Source of the DNA: Octopus bimaculoides
Lineage: Eukaryota
Reading direction: 5' to 3'
DNA length: 50,836 nucleotides
Assembly: GCF_001194135.2 (NCBI RefSeq)
Contig: NC_068992.1
Location: forward strand, 58,123,778 to 58,174,613
Position 1 is the stretch's first letter. Each line of letters starts with the position of its first letter. The notes beneath the pieces were generated by a model. It was not told the origin of the DNA. It saw only the letters and a list, made by a program, of their open reading frames with translations, and made no database searches. Shown here piece by piece: positions 35,730 through 48,727 of this stretch. Position numbers and translations under genes: made by a program.

Positions 35730-36393
35730 TAATGATTTCTGATTTAGGCACAAGGCCAACAATATTGAGGGAAGGGTAAGATAATACAGTTGACTCCAGT
35801 ACATAACTGGTACTCTATTTTATCAACCTCAAAAAGATGAAAGGCAAAGTTGACCTTGAAATTTGAACTTAGACTGTAAAGGTCCAGAAAAATGCTGCAG
35901 AGCATTTTTGATGCTCTTAATGATTCTACCATGTCACCATGCCACTATTGCTTAATGCTTTCAAATTTTGGCACAAGGCCAGCAGTTTTGAGAGAGGACA
36001 CAAGTGGATTACATTGGCCCCAGTGCCCAACTAGTACTTATTTTATCGACCCCTAAAAGACAACAGGCAAAGTTGACCTTGGTGGTATTTAAACTCAGAA
36101 AGTTGAGATGGATGAAATGCTGTGAAGCATTTTGCCCGCAGCTTGCCTCCAGATACTGAAAATAATAATAATAATCTTGCCAAATCTTGGCTCAACAGCA
36201 GCAATTTTGAGGGCAGTGGTGCTAGTTGATTACATTGGTCCCCAGTACTCGACTGCTACTTATCTTTATTTATCGATTTCAGAAGGGTGAAAGGCAAAGC
36301 TAACCTTGGTGAGATTTGAGCTCAGAACATGAAGCTGGGAGGAATGTGGTTAACCATTTTTGTCTGATGTGCTACTAGTTCTGCCAGTTCACC
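35730..36393 (-). mobile_element. Train of three same-strand D-SINEs (35730-35940, 35955-36147, 36175-36393)
   Basis: Each has ggcacaagg/ggctcaa..., aaaggcaaag(t/c)t(g/a)acctt, tt(g/a)a(a/g)ct(c/t)ag. Confidence 0.85.
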
Positions 36394-36548
36394 AAGCAAC
36401 CTTCTAAATATATATGTACGTGGAAACTCATAGTGTGTGACTATCATCATCATCATCCTCATTTAACATCCTCCTCTAAATGATGATGATGTACACACAC
36501 AGTAGCTTACACATACACACACACATGCATGTGTGGGTATGTATTCAT

Positions 36549-36722
36549 GTTTGTCCCCCACCATTGCTTGACAACTGGTAATGGTTTGTTTATGTCCCTG
36601 TAACTTAGCAGTTCAGTTTGGCAAAATGAGATTGATAGAATAAATACTAGGGTCGATTTGTTCACCAGCCATACCTCAGTATGGCTGCAGTCCAGTGATA
36701 GAAATAGAACAAGCAAAAGAAA
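36549..36722 (+). mobile_element. Solo SINE module B
   Basis: gcttgacaactgg...gtaacttagcagttc...tatggctgcagtc...aacaagcaaaaga. Confidence 0.75.
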
Positions 36723-37934
36723 TTTCATAGTTTGTTTGTTGTTTTTATTTTAATATATCAAGGCTGTTCAAAATCCCTCATGTAAGTGTAGTAATAATAA
36801 CTGAGAGAGAGCGAGAGAGAAAGAGAGAGCGAAGCTGTTGTTCACAAGCTGCACAATACTGTAATCTTATCCATTGACAGTTAAACAGTTGCAATCTAGT
36901 TGTAGCCTCTAAAAATGTTTCCATATCAAACATAGGTTTGTGTAATGTTTTCAGAGAAAACTAAAACAATGCTTCTGAAATGAAACAAGCTTTCGATAAG
37001 TTCACCCCAAATCCTCTTATGGATTTTCACTGTTTGAAAACTCAATAAACCTTGTAAGTACTTGACAGCTTATAGCTTGCTATAGTACTCGGTTGCTCTA
37101 CTGTAATTATCGTAATTATTGTTGTTTGTAGCTGTCGTTACTGTTGTTGCAGTTGTTATAATTGTTTTAGTGTTATTGTTTGTTGTTGTTTCAACTACGG
37201 ATTTTTTTGATTTTTTTATCTTCTGCATGATGGCTTCTCACTGGTTATATCTATAGTTGAATTATTGCCCACTGTTATCCATATTGGTTCTAATCTTCTG
37301 TTTTTCTCAGCTGTTGCATGTACTTCTCTATGTGTGATTGGTGCCACCAATTAAAGACCTTTTGCTCCATGTAATAACGGTAATGATTAGCTGTGGATTT
37401 CGTCAATTATTGAGGTCAGTTATAACACATAATGAGATTAACGAGGAATTTTTTTTTTCTTCCAGATTTATTTACAATAAAAGCTGAATGAGGTTTCGGA
37501 GTTTATTAAGCTTTTAGATAATCTAAGATTCAGCCATAGCTAAAGTATGTAACTGTGAGGCTATGATTGGTGTTGAGTGCAGTCTTTGTTGGCCATGGGG
37601 AATAGGACATTGTTGTGTAACCCCAGTTCAACACTGATCAGATCTATAACACAATCCAACTTTGACCATCACATCTTATATTCAGACATTGTGTGCGCAC
37701 ATTCATATTATAAAATATTTTCTTTCCTTTTAAGGTAGTAGTGTGATTTGGGGAAGATTTAGCTATTGATTCTAGTCAGTCAAGTGACCATGTAGAGACT
37801 CCTTAGCTGGAGTTTATGACGATGATGTTGTTTGATGTGATGATTAATAAGCTAAGGAAAGCTTTTGGGTTTATACCTAAAAAAAAACAGATATAAATTT
37901 CTCTTTAATGTTTCTCTTGTTCTTTCACCTATTC

Positions 37935-38220
37935 ACTCTCACCTCCTCTCTCTCTCTCACCTCCTCTCTCTCTCTCACCTCCTCTCTCTCTCACCTCCTC
38001 TCTCTCTCNNNNNNNNNNNNNNNNNNNNNNNNNNNNNNNNNNNNNNNNNNNNNNNNNNNNNNNNNNNNNNNNNNNNNNNNNNNNNNNNNNNNNNNNNNNN
38101 NNNNNNNNNNNNNNNNNNNNNNNNNNNNNNNNNNNNNNNNNNNNNNNNNNNNNNNNNNNNNNNNNNNNNNNNNNNNNNNNNNNNNNNNNNNNNNNNNNNN
38201 NNNNNNNNNNNNNNNNNNNN

Positions 38221-38275
<55 letters not shown>
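37935..38275. repeat. Minisatellite (ctcacctcctctctctct)x4 and (CT)n around N gap 38009-38220
   Basis: Direct reading. Confidence 0.9.
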
Positions 38276-38279
<4 letters not shown>

Positions 38280-39586
38280 TGTCTATCTGTATGTGTCTAT
38301 TTTTGTACGTGTTTGCAAGTGCATTCAAGTATACACATGGTTCTGTGCATGTGTTTTCCCCCAGCATCAAAAAGTGTTATTTCCAAAACTGGCTGAATGT
38401 CCAGTCAACCATGCCAAATCCTAAATGTCCAAACAGTGGCACCCTATCATTTCATTCCACTCCAATTAACCTTTTGCATCTCTTGTTTGCAAACCAAATG
38501 GTGCATCAAGAATCGGGATGTACAGGCTTTTAAGAATTCACAGTTGAAAGAGAAAATGGTTAGTATTGAATATGTTGGATAACCATTAACAAGTGTGACC
38601 AATACAAATAGCTTTGATTTATGCTGTGAATTATGTCATCTGAAGGTTGAATGTTTTTCAAAGCATGTGGCAGTTTGTTTGTTTGTTGGTTAGTTCTATG
38701 TCAACAAACAGATAAATTATCGAAGCCATTCTAGCTTTGATTCTCTTATTTTCTTCAGACTTACTGCAACTAAGACTGCATTATCCTGTGCGTCTGTACT
38801 CCCTTAAAGACAATATTATGTGATATGAAAGAGATTTTGCTGTTGTTTCTAGCAGGTTAAATCATGACTCAAAAATATGCTAGAAGGGTTTTATTGCATT
38901 CTTAATCAAAATTGATTCCTGTGCACCCTGTGGCGTTTTATAGCGAAGTGACACATTGCTGTGTTGACACCCTAAAGATGGAGAATGTGGGAAATTGAAT
39001 TTGAGAGTGATATCGACAACTGTGTTATGTTATTTTTAACCCTTGTTCTGTGAAATTAAATTTCATGGTTATTCATGGTTAATGCTGTTAAATATGTAAC
39101 AAAAAAAGTAGAATTGGTATTTTCTGCAAATCATTTTGCCTCAATAAACTTGACATATTTCTATGGAAAATCGTTTCAAATATGATATTCCTCAACAAAA
39201 GGTAGACAGGTAAAATTGCTTTCCACAGTTAAAGGTAATTAAATTTTGAATGAATATATCTGCTTTATATAGTAAAAGGTTTAAGGTTTTAACAATGTTG
39301 ACAAATCTTTGGTTGCATCAGCTTATTGTTGTCTTGTAACAAAAGTATGAGAATATAGAATAATTATAATTATTAATTAGTATGTTATTTTAAGTAATTA
39401 ACCTATTGTGCACACATTAACTTTGTGTGCTCGCTAGTTTCTTTTGTGCACTGGTTGCAAAAGATGTGTTCACATGCACACGCACACACACATGCTGTAT
39501 AGAATGAACAGTGCAACTGTGATATCTCTGGTGTTTATGGTTTGAACCTTTATCTCCAGAAATCTGTTTAGTAGAAGCAAACTAAC

Positions 39587-40633
39587 CAAGTAGGCAGCTT
39601 GTCATAATTAGTTATCAATCAGTCAATTAATCAATCAATCAAGGGGTAATTAAATCTATTGATTTTAGGAAGCAAATGGAAAATGATGTTTGTGATTTTT
39701 ACCTAAAAATGGTTTATCTGCTCCGTCTAATGCCATCAATTACAGCCTAATTACCAACTTTCAGAAATGCTCTTAGGTGTAACTATGAAGTATTTGGATG
39801 GGGGTTCAGTATCCAAGAGATGCAGAATAATTTTATACATACAATGTTTGTACCAGGGCAAAGGTTGATGTTGAACTATAACATTAAAGCAAATTACTTT
39901 TTGTTTAAGTTTTCCAGTTACGACTCTTAGGTCAGCAGTCACAATGCATTGGTTGTTAGTCAACAGTTATGATGGATCAATTATAGTAAACCAATCATGT
40001 TTATTGACAACATGTTTTGTCATTAGATTTGTATTTTTATAAGTAAATTTAAATTGATAAAACTTGTGTTTAGCCAGCAGGGTGGCATCGTGTGAAAGCT
40101 ACAACAATGTGAGGAAGTGCATTGTAACTAGTGGTGTATAACAACATCCAGTAGTTTGGTTGATAAAGTGAATGATATTTGAGGACTAACAATGGGGATG
40201 TTCTTTCTAAATTGAAATTTCATGACTAAATTTGTGAGATATATTTATTGAAACAATAATTAAAATTTTCTAGATTATTTAACACTATTTTCAAACTAGC
40301 TCTTTGCGTGTGTGTTGGAAGAAGACTCTTCAATCAAAGAGAAATGATTAAAAGATTACATAGAATACATATATCATCCAGTAGCATGGGTAGGGGCAGG
40401 CAAAGGGTTGGGCTGCTTCAGGTGTCACTTTCATGGGGGGGGGGCAGCACTTTTGAGTCTTGTTGTATGTGGTCTGTTGCACGACAGGTAGGTAACTTGT
40501 CATCATTAGTTATCGACCAATCAACCAAGAGGTTATTAAATCTATTGATTTTAGGAAGTAGATGGAAAATGAGGAGTGGTATGTTTATGATTTTTACCTA
40601 TAGACGGTATCTTTGCTCCATCTAATACCATCA
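39587..40633 (+). repeat. Local direct duplication of ~150 bp (39587-39738 and 40485-40633)
   Basis: Both contain taattaaatctattgattttaggaag.a.atggaaaatga...gatttttaccta...tgctcc.tctaat.ccatca. Confidence 0.85.
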
Positions 40634-40981
40634 GACTCAACCTAAGTTCTTTAAGCGTAATGGGAGCCCAGGGATGATGGTGGGGCAAACTCGAAGGCTG
40701 TCCTAGGTGGCACAGTAGCTGTGCTGCTGACATCACCACCATCATCATCATTTTTATGTTAGTTTTTCTTCAAGTTTGTACACATTCAATGTGCCTTCTC
40801 TATCACAATGGCTCATCACTTAGGCTTTGCCATCTCCTTCATGAAGTGACTTTCACCACTTCCTTGATTTTTTTCTCTTCTGCAGGTTCATTCCAGTTGA
40901 ATTGCTTCGCACTTGTTTATTCAACTGTCATCCTCCACATACAGCAGGTGTCTGCATCAGTGCAATAGCCTCTCTTTTACC

Positions 40982-41039
<58 letters not shown>

Positions 41040-41477
41040 TCATTTATGCTCCATCATTTATGCACACTAAAATATTGGTTCAGCATCTTTCTTGCATGTC
41101 ACAACTGATTTCTTTTTTACCTAGTTTTTCTCCTCTCTTAACTCACTTTTGCTTCATCAGTTATGCACACAAACATTTACACATCCAGCAGATCACTCTT
41201 GTCTGCTTTCTTGCTAAACTTCATGCATTCTCCACATACAATACACATGTTTCCCTACCATGCAACAATAGCACTTCATGTGCACACCGACATACAATCT
41301 GCCCTTTCCTGTCAACAACCTTCACCTGTTTCCAAGTGAGGTGATGTTTCTCTATGGCCAGATATGTTCTTGCGGAATATCGGAAATGAATGACACTGCT
41401 TATATGACAGTGACACTCATTTATTATTACCATGCAATGTCAAAACAAGGAGACATAATCAATCACCCCCTCCCCGT

Positions 41478-41509
<32 letters not shown>

Positions 41510-41779
41510 CAAACACATATACACATGCACACACACACACGATGGGCTTTTCATTTTCATCTACCAAAGCCTTTCAGAAGGCTTTGGTCAGCCCAGCACT
41601 ACAGTACAAGATATTTGCCCAAGGTGCCATGCAGTGGGACTAAACTCAGAACCATGTGGTTGGGAAGCAAATTTCTCACCACACAACCATGCCTGTATGT
41701 GTGTATCTATTATATACACATACTTACACATATACAAACACACATATGTATACATGTAGATATGGTTTCAAACACTCAT

Positions 41780-41824
<45 letters not shown>

Positions 41825-41834
41825 NNNNNNNNNN

Positions 41835-41882
<48 letters not shown>

Positions 41883-42697
41883 TGCATACAAAAAGTACAC
41901 AAGCCTTACATACACATAGACATGCATACCTATGCATACACATGTCCTTAAGACAAATATAATTGTTGAAATCCCAGAAATTAGTCCATTTTACAAACAG
42001 GAAATTTAATGGAGAAGTTAATCCAGCTATTTATGCGTCTGTCTTTGTGCACGCACACACACACAAACATGAACTCATACATACACGTATATTTATACTT
42101 ATGCACATCCTTGTAATTAAGAATAACAAGCTATTGTCGATAGACTAAGATGTGAATGGTGAACCAAAGTTTCATCTTACTTTGTAGTAATGTTGGTGTT
42201 GTCGGTATTTATGTGTTTGCATGTGTGTGTATAATCAGCTGAAACATGAGTATCTGAAAGGATATTAGTACTTGAGCTTCTTGTAAGTGAACGGCTGATG
42301 GCTGCTTTGTCTAGTGATGATGTAATGCTGAATTGTAACTTTGAGGACAAGTCACCATAGATGCAACACAAGATTAAAGAAATGTCTACACAGCAAAGTA
42401 GCTCTTCAGATTTGTTATGGTGGATAGTTTTAATGATCAGATATTGGCACAACATATCTCTGTGGTTAAGTAATTTGCTTCACAATCACGACATAGTTCC
42501 AGTTTCAATTCCGCCGTGTGTGGACGTTTGGTGAAGAGAGTCTTTTATCAAAATCTCTTCTCTTCTCTTATCAAGTGAAACCATGTCAATGGAATTCATT
42601 AGACAAAAATTATATGGAAGCTTATTGTACAGTTGACCAATTTAAAACCAATTCCAGTCCCTCAGAGACTGTTTTTAACAGAGTCTACTCTGCTGCA

Positions 42698-43010
42698 AGT
42701 GAAGGCACAGTGGTTAGAGTGTTGGGTTCATAAACATGAGGTAGTGAGTTCGATTCCTGGACTGGGTTGTGTTTTGAGCAAGACACTTTATTCCACATTG
42801 CTGCAGTTTACTCAGCTGTAGAAAAGAGTTGTGACATCACTGGTGCCAAGCTGTATTGGTCTTTACCTTTCTCTTGGATAACAACAGTGGTGTGGAGAGG
42901 GGGCTGCTGGTCTTCCATAAACAACCTTCCCAGACTTGTGCCTTGGAAGGGAGCTTTCTTGATGCAATCCCATGATCATTCATGACTGAAGGGGATCTTT
43001 ACTTTTACTC
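42698..43010 (+). mobile_element. SINE family E, full copy
   Basis: B-box gagttcgattcc; ttgagcaagacactttatt...cactggtgccaagctgtat...ctgctggtcttccataaacaacctt...gactgaaggggatctttacttt. Confidence 0.85.
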
Positions 43011-44055
43011 TGCTGTAAGTATTGTGTTTGGACTAAGTTTTCTTTTTTGAGTTGTGGATTAGTTTTTCCTCTTTTTTTCACAAGTTTTCAAGACACTGCA
43101 AAAAAAGAAAAGGCGGTTATAGCCCCTTTTAATCCTTTTGTTGGAGATGGAGTTGATTAGTAAGTAAAGTATGAGTCAAGTGCAGTGACTTGATATAACT
43201 GTTAGAGCATTGGATAAGGTGCCTTGTAGTATCTGTCTCCACTCTTCATTCTGAGTTCAAATCCTGTCTCTTCTATCAATTGAGGGGAAAAAAAAAAGTG
43301 TCAGGTCTGTAAGAAGTCATGATCAACATCTAAGTCGAGAAGCTAACGTCTTAGTGCACACACACACACGATGGGTTTCTTTCAGTTTCTGTCTATCAGA
43401 TCCACTCACAAGGCTTTGGTTGGCTCAAAGCTATAGAAAACACTTGCCCAATGTGCCACGCAGAGGGACTGAACCTGGAACCAGGTGTTTGAGAAGCAAG
43501 CTTCTTACCACACAACCATGATATTTTTGTTTTTTAATTCAATTTTTATTTTTTAATCTGCTTACCTGTCAGAGTCTAAGGAAACAAAAAATTCAATACC
43601 CATCTTTAGAGTATTACGTTAAACAACATACATGCTAATATCCATATTTATCAGATTCTATGATGCAATTTTTCTAAGTAGAGGGGAAAACAGACAAATA
43701 AAAATGAAGCTACAATTACCAAAAAACAAAGGAATTGATTGTTTGCAAATCGTATTTCACAGAATGTTTTTTACTTCCCTTCTTTTCTAGAATAGAAAAT
43801 TCCAATTCTGTAATACAAAAAAACTCCCATTTTTTTTTTTTCGTAACTTTTGCAAAAGGAAACCATATTAATATGATTACTAAGTTTTGTATTTAATATA
43901 AAAATCTTCACAGTGGAAAACTCACTCATGCACACACACGCACACACACACATGCACACATGCATGCAAGCACACATGCACTCTCTCTTTCACACTCAAA
44001 TACCCCACACAAACTTGCATGCACACAAACAATTACATGCAAGCACATATATACA

Positions 44056-44093
<38 letters not shown>

Positions 44094-44524
44094 GACACTC
44101 TCACCCAAATATCCACCCTCATACACTCACTCCTTCCATCTACAACCCTCTCCTCACTCACACACACACACACACTTACAAACTGCTATTTTCTTTCTCT
44201 CTCATCTGCCATATTTCCTCTTCCATGATGCAGAGTTTTATCAGTCTAATTTGTACATTTGATAAGATCAAGCCTGGACTTGTGTACTTTCTGCTTGCCT
44301 AACTGCCAAAGAATGGTTTATTTGCAGTATTCTTTTATTTGCGGGAGTTTAATTAATGTTAGACAAGAATTTAAGTGTACTCAAGTAGCGTGTACTTTAT
44401 TGCTCTCCTTTCAAATTACTTCCTTACAGAATAGATTAGGGAAAGAAAGCAATGACTAAGTGTAGCTTAAATATATTGTTGTTGCCGTTGTTTTCATTTA
44501 GCTCATTAGAATTGTTGTGCCAAC

Positions 44525-44939
44525 AGCATGGCTTTGGGGTGAAGAAATTTGCTTTCCAATCACATGATTTCAGGTGCAGCCTTACTGTATGGCACATCAG
44601 AGAAATGCCTTTTACTATAACTCTACTATAAACCCCAGGGTGACCAAAGTCTTGTGAATGAATTTAGGGGATAGAAACCAAAAGAAGCCCATCAAACAGT
44701 GTGTGTGTGTGTGTGTTTACATTTTCACTCTACAAAAGCCATGAGTTACAAGTAGTGTTGTTGCTGTTGTCACTTTTGCTTGCTTTGCACTTTTGATGAC
44801 ATGTGGAATAGATCCCTTACTTGAAAAACATGTAAGGGTTAGTGACAGGAAGGGCATCCAGCTGTAAAACAATGCCTCAGTAATATATATTAGTCTAACC
44901 CATGCCGGCATGCAAAAACTGAAGTAAAGTGAATGAAGA
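44525..44939 (+). mobile_element. Composite C+F SINE, old
   Basis: Decayed head, (TG)n, then gtaagggttagtgacaggaagggcatccagctgtaaaa...aacccatgccggcatg. Confidence 0.7.
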
Positions 44940-45845
44940 GCCAATGGAAAAAAAATCTCTATCTTTTCATTCAGCTTTTTTCAGTCTAGCTGCGAAATTT
45001 CTCCTGATGAATGGTGAGTGCATGTGCAATTATTAAATCATGAAAAAAAAAGAGCATGATCCATAACAAATATGTAAAAGCCATAGCTACAGCACTAATC
45101 AAATACTGGAACCCAACCCAAATGAATACAAGGGGCATCTAATTTTTATTTGTCAGGAAACCTTCAGATATTCATACATATCCTGATTATCCTGTTTACA
45201 GGGTTACGTAGTGTTCATCTTGTTCTCACCTAGCTGCTACACTTTTACTACTCTTATTCCTATGTTAATTATATTGAGTTTGTCACAGAGCTTATCCAAA
45301 ACCTCCAGCAAGCCATCTACCTCTAGTGTATGGTTTATATTTCATTACTATCTCTGCTTCCCTTTACACTATTGCATCTGGTGTTCTGTTTCCCTGTGAC
45401 TGCATGCCTTGTATACCCATTTCTAGCACTGAGTAAAAGTATATTGAATCCTCATTTGTTTTAAGGCCATCATATTTCATACTGCAACAGATTCTCTACT
45501 ATCTTATATTAACTAATACTGTAGTCTTTACCATATTTATTAAATATTCATTTGGTGCCAGGTCACTCTTCCATTTTGTTAGTATTTTCTGTAGCTCTTT
45601 GATAGATTATACAATGAGCATGTCATTACATGTGTTTGCGTGTAAAGATTTGTAAGAAAACTGTCTTGAACTTGAGAATAATCTGACAAGGAATTAAAGA
45701 GAAGATGGTCATAAATAATAAATAGGAGCATTGTGAGGTTTAGTTCATTTTATGGAATAAATTCCACATAGAATAAAGAGAGGTCCTAGCATAATTTTAC
45801 TTATCTGCTAAACTCATATTTATCATTTTCTTTTTTATATCATCT

Positions 45846-46064
45846 TTCCCTACTGGCATTGGTTGGCAGGCTATATCCAGCACAAATATTCTACCTGGTT
45901 ATGTTTGAACTAGCCAGATCTGACCTTTGACACCTACCCTGCAATGTCATAAACAGTGACATCATCAAAACTTCAAAGCAATGAGATAATGCATAAGTAA
46001 TTCAAAACAATGTGAATAAAGAAACATTGCATATGACAGATTAATCTGAATGCTAAAGGGTTGA
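45846..46064 (+). mobile_element. piggyBac-type MITE (family H)
   Basis: aaatattctacc...gccagatctgacc..cacctaccctgcaatgtca...aatctgaatgctaaagggttga. Confidence 0.75.
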
Positions 46065-46454
46065 GTTTGGCATGGTTAGAGACCCTTCTTTACACCAATT
46101 ACTTTACAGAATGTACATATTTGTATGGCACCAGTGTTGGGGAATGCTGCCATGTCCTTGATAAAACTACAAGGTCCTCTTGACCTAGAATGTCCCCACT
46201 TGTTAACCGACCACTTTACAGAGTGTAATCTCTTGACTGAAACCATTGCTACTCCTGACCTTAATTGCTTTCTCAAACTACAAAATTTGCTCACCATTCA
46301 CCAAAATGCAGGAAGATGGGACTCAGGTCATCAAATACAAGATAGTCATTTACTCTTATCAAAAATTAAAAAAATTAAAAATTCTCTTCTCACTGACTCA
46401 CTAGAATTATATCCTGAGAAAATTTAAACCCTATCCTATCCACTTAAGCCAGTC

Positions 46455-47008
46455 TGAAGGTGTGTAGCTCAGGGGTTAGGGTATTTAGTTAATGATTGTC
46501 AGGTCACGAGTTTGATTCCTTGTGGTGTGTTGTGTCTTCAAGCAAGACACTTTATTTCACATTGATCCAGTTCATGCAGCTGACAAAAATGAGTAGTATC
46601 TGTAATTCAAAAGGCCAGCCTTGTTGCATTCTTCTGTCATGCTGAATCTCCCTGAAAGCTATATTAACCCATATATACCCCTGGTTGCATTTTTGCAACA
46701 TAAAACCTCCTCCTGCTTGTTTGGATATGAACTCACCGGGAAGCATCTGACTGAGCATAAGAAATGTTCTGTAGGTAGTCGACACCCAAAACTAACAGCT
46801 GCATACTGCCCTTATCTTCCAGATTGTTAAAGCTTACCATAATGTTTAATTTAAATATAGTGAAATTTTTTTATGGGCATATATGGGTTAAAAGTACACA
46901 TGCCTGTAGAGTGACCTGTCACTTGCATGTTAATCTCATGAGCATGCTGTTCAGTTGATCAGATCAACTGGAAATTCTCATCATTGTAACTGCCGATGAA
47001 GTTCCCTT
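46455..47008 (+). mobile_element. SINE E head with E2 tail, interrupted at about 46660-46880
   Basis: tagctcaggggttag...gagtttgattcc...gtgttgtgtcttcaagcaagacactttatt, followed by the module seen at 4641-4804. Confidence 0.65.
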
Positions 47009-47099
47009 TAGTTACTATTTTCCTGAGAGCTATTAATTCGAACTCATTGTCTTTAGAATTCCCCTGTCAAGAGTAAAGATAATGGCCCTACTCCACCTT

Positions 47100-47440
47100 T
47101 CATTTTGGGACAACTTTCTGCATAACCCGATTAACTAAGTAGATAATTAACACACCAGCAATATAGCTTGATGCTTTCAACATCCCTGATGGACCTACAA
47201 TTTTGAACATTTGCTCTTTAAATCAATAGTTTACAACTATAACCATTCTTTTATCTTGATCTGCTGCTTATCTCTCTCACTAATCCATTGTATTGTGTTT
47301 TCAAAATGTCATCTATAAAAGGTTCATAGGTTTCATTGAATCTCAGTGTTTTCAGCTAGAGACTAGTGGGTTTATTGAACATGTCAGCAACAGTCCAGGG
47401 ATTGACAACTGCTTCTGTTACTTCCACCTCAATTATAGGT
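47100..47440 (-). pseudogene. Possible very decayed non-LTR reverse transcriptase fragment
   Basis: Frameshifted pieces LKTLRFNETYEPFIDDILKTQY / FKIVG / VHQGC / LIIYLVNRVM loosely follow the RTE RT order ...GVRQGC.LSP.LF.I....M; weak. Confidence 0.3.
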
Positions 47441-47631
47441 ACATTAAAAAAAATAAAAAATAACTGTGGGTCCTGTTCTTCCTTAGAAATGAATATTGTA
47501 TTTCTCATGCTTTAGACTAACTACATGATCAGAAGTTCTAATCTTATTATAGTCATTGTGTCTCACCTTTTGGCAGACAATGTTCCACTGCTCTACTTGA
47601 TTGTTCAGTGCATTGTTTTGTGTGTAGTTAG

Positions 47632-48000
47632 TTATCTTTTACTTGTTTCACTCATTAGACTGTGGCCATGCTGCAGCAATGCCTTGAAGAATTTTAGTCA
47701 AACAAATCAACCCTAATGCTTTATTTTTTTAAACTTGGTACTTATTCTATTAGTCTCTTTTGCTGAACTGCTAAGTTAGAGGGGCATAAATACATCAACA
47801 CTAGTTGTCAAGCAATGGTAGTAGACAAACACACACATATAAATGAGACAGGCTTCTTTCAGTTTCCATCTCACAAATCCATTCATGAGGCTTTGGTCAG
47901 CCTGAGGCTTCAGTAGAAGATATTTGCCCAAGGTGCCACGCAGTGAGAATGAACCCGGAACCATGTGGTTGAGAAGGAAACTCTTTACCACACCTGCACC
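47632..48000 (-). mobile_element. Full C+B SINE with a short internal microsatellite
   Basis: ttttacttgtttcactcattagactgtggccatgctg...caggcttctttcagtttccatc...cccaaggtgccacgcagtg..gaacccggaaccatgtgg. Confidence 0.85.
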
Positions 48001-48529
48001 AGTGTAGATATTTATTTAAAGATAATAAAATATAATAAAAATGTTTTGCATTTGTATAAAATTGTTTGAAAAACCCCCCAAAAGAAGTGATGTAGAGGTG
48101 GAAGATGGATGTAAAATATTGAGATAAAAAAAAATCTCTACTAGCATAATTATTTATAATGTTAATTAATAAGCCAGTTAGGGTGTCAAAGAAACAAAAT
48201 TCAAATAATGAGTGTTAGTGATGTTTATTTACTGCACATATATCCTCCTATTTTATAGACCATGATTTAAATGTTGTTATTGTTTTAGACGGATAATTTA
48301 AATAATTACAACAATCCCGCTACTTCCTTTATTATTTTATCCTGAGTGGGCTTGTTAACAAAAACGGGAGGGGCGGAGGTGGCGGGGGGGGGGGACGAAA
48401 AAAGGAAAAGATGAACAAGTGGCATACATTAACTTTGCTGTGTAAGTATTAATTAAAAATAACTGATGTTCTGANNNNNNNNNNAGTATGAGAATATATC
48501 TTTGTAAACGTTTCTAATCCCCCCCCCCA

Positions 48530-48727
48530 CCAAATGCTTAGCGGTATTTCGTCTGCCGCTATGTTTTGAGTTCAAATTCCACCGAGGTCGACTTTGCCTT
48601 TCATCCTTTTGGGGTCGATTAAATAAGTACAAGTTACGCACTGAGGTCGATGTAATCGACTTAATCCGTTTGTTTGTCCTTGTTTGTCCCTTCTGTGTGT
48701 AGCCCCTTGTGGGTAGTAAAGAAATAA
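48530..48727 (+). mobile_element. Young D-SINE with a third tail variant
   Basis: aaatgcttagcggtatttcgtctgccgc...gagttcaaattccaccgaggtcgactttgcctttcatcc..ggggtcgatt; tail ttgtagccccttgtgggtagtaaagaaata; CpGs intact. Confidence 0.9.

Noticed and set aside
42250-42360. VSERILVLELLVSERLM reading resembling a LINE endonuclease strand
   Set aside because: Too short, with no neighbouring catalytic motifs.
45004-45045. Loose hammerhead-like CTGATGA...GAAA
   Set aside because: Long stem II loop with a wobble pair, followed by poly-A, so no stem III is possible.
46295-46354. 60-nt minus-strand segment (VNDYLVFDDLSPIFLHFGE)
   Set aside because: Weak AAG acceptor, no recognisable homology, and splicing to the microexon candidate creates a stop.
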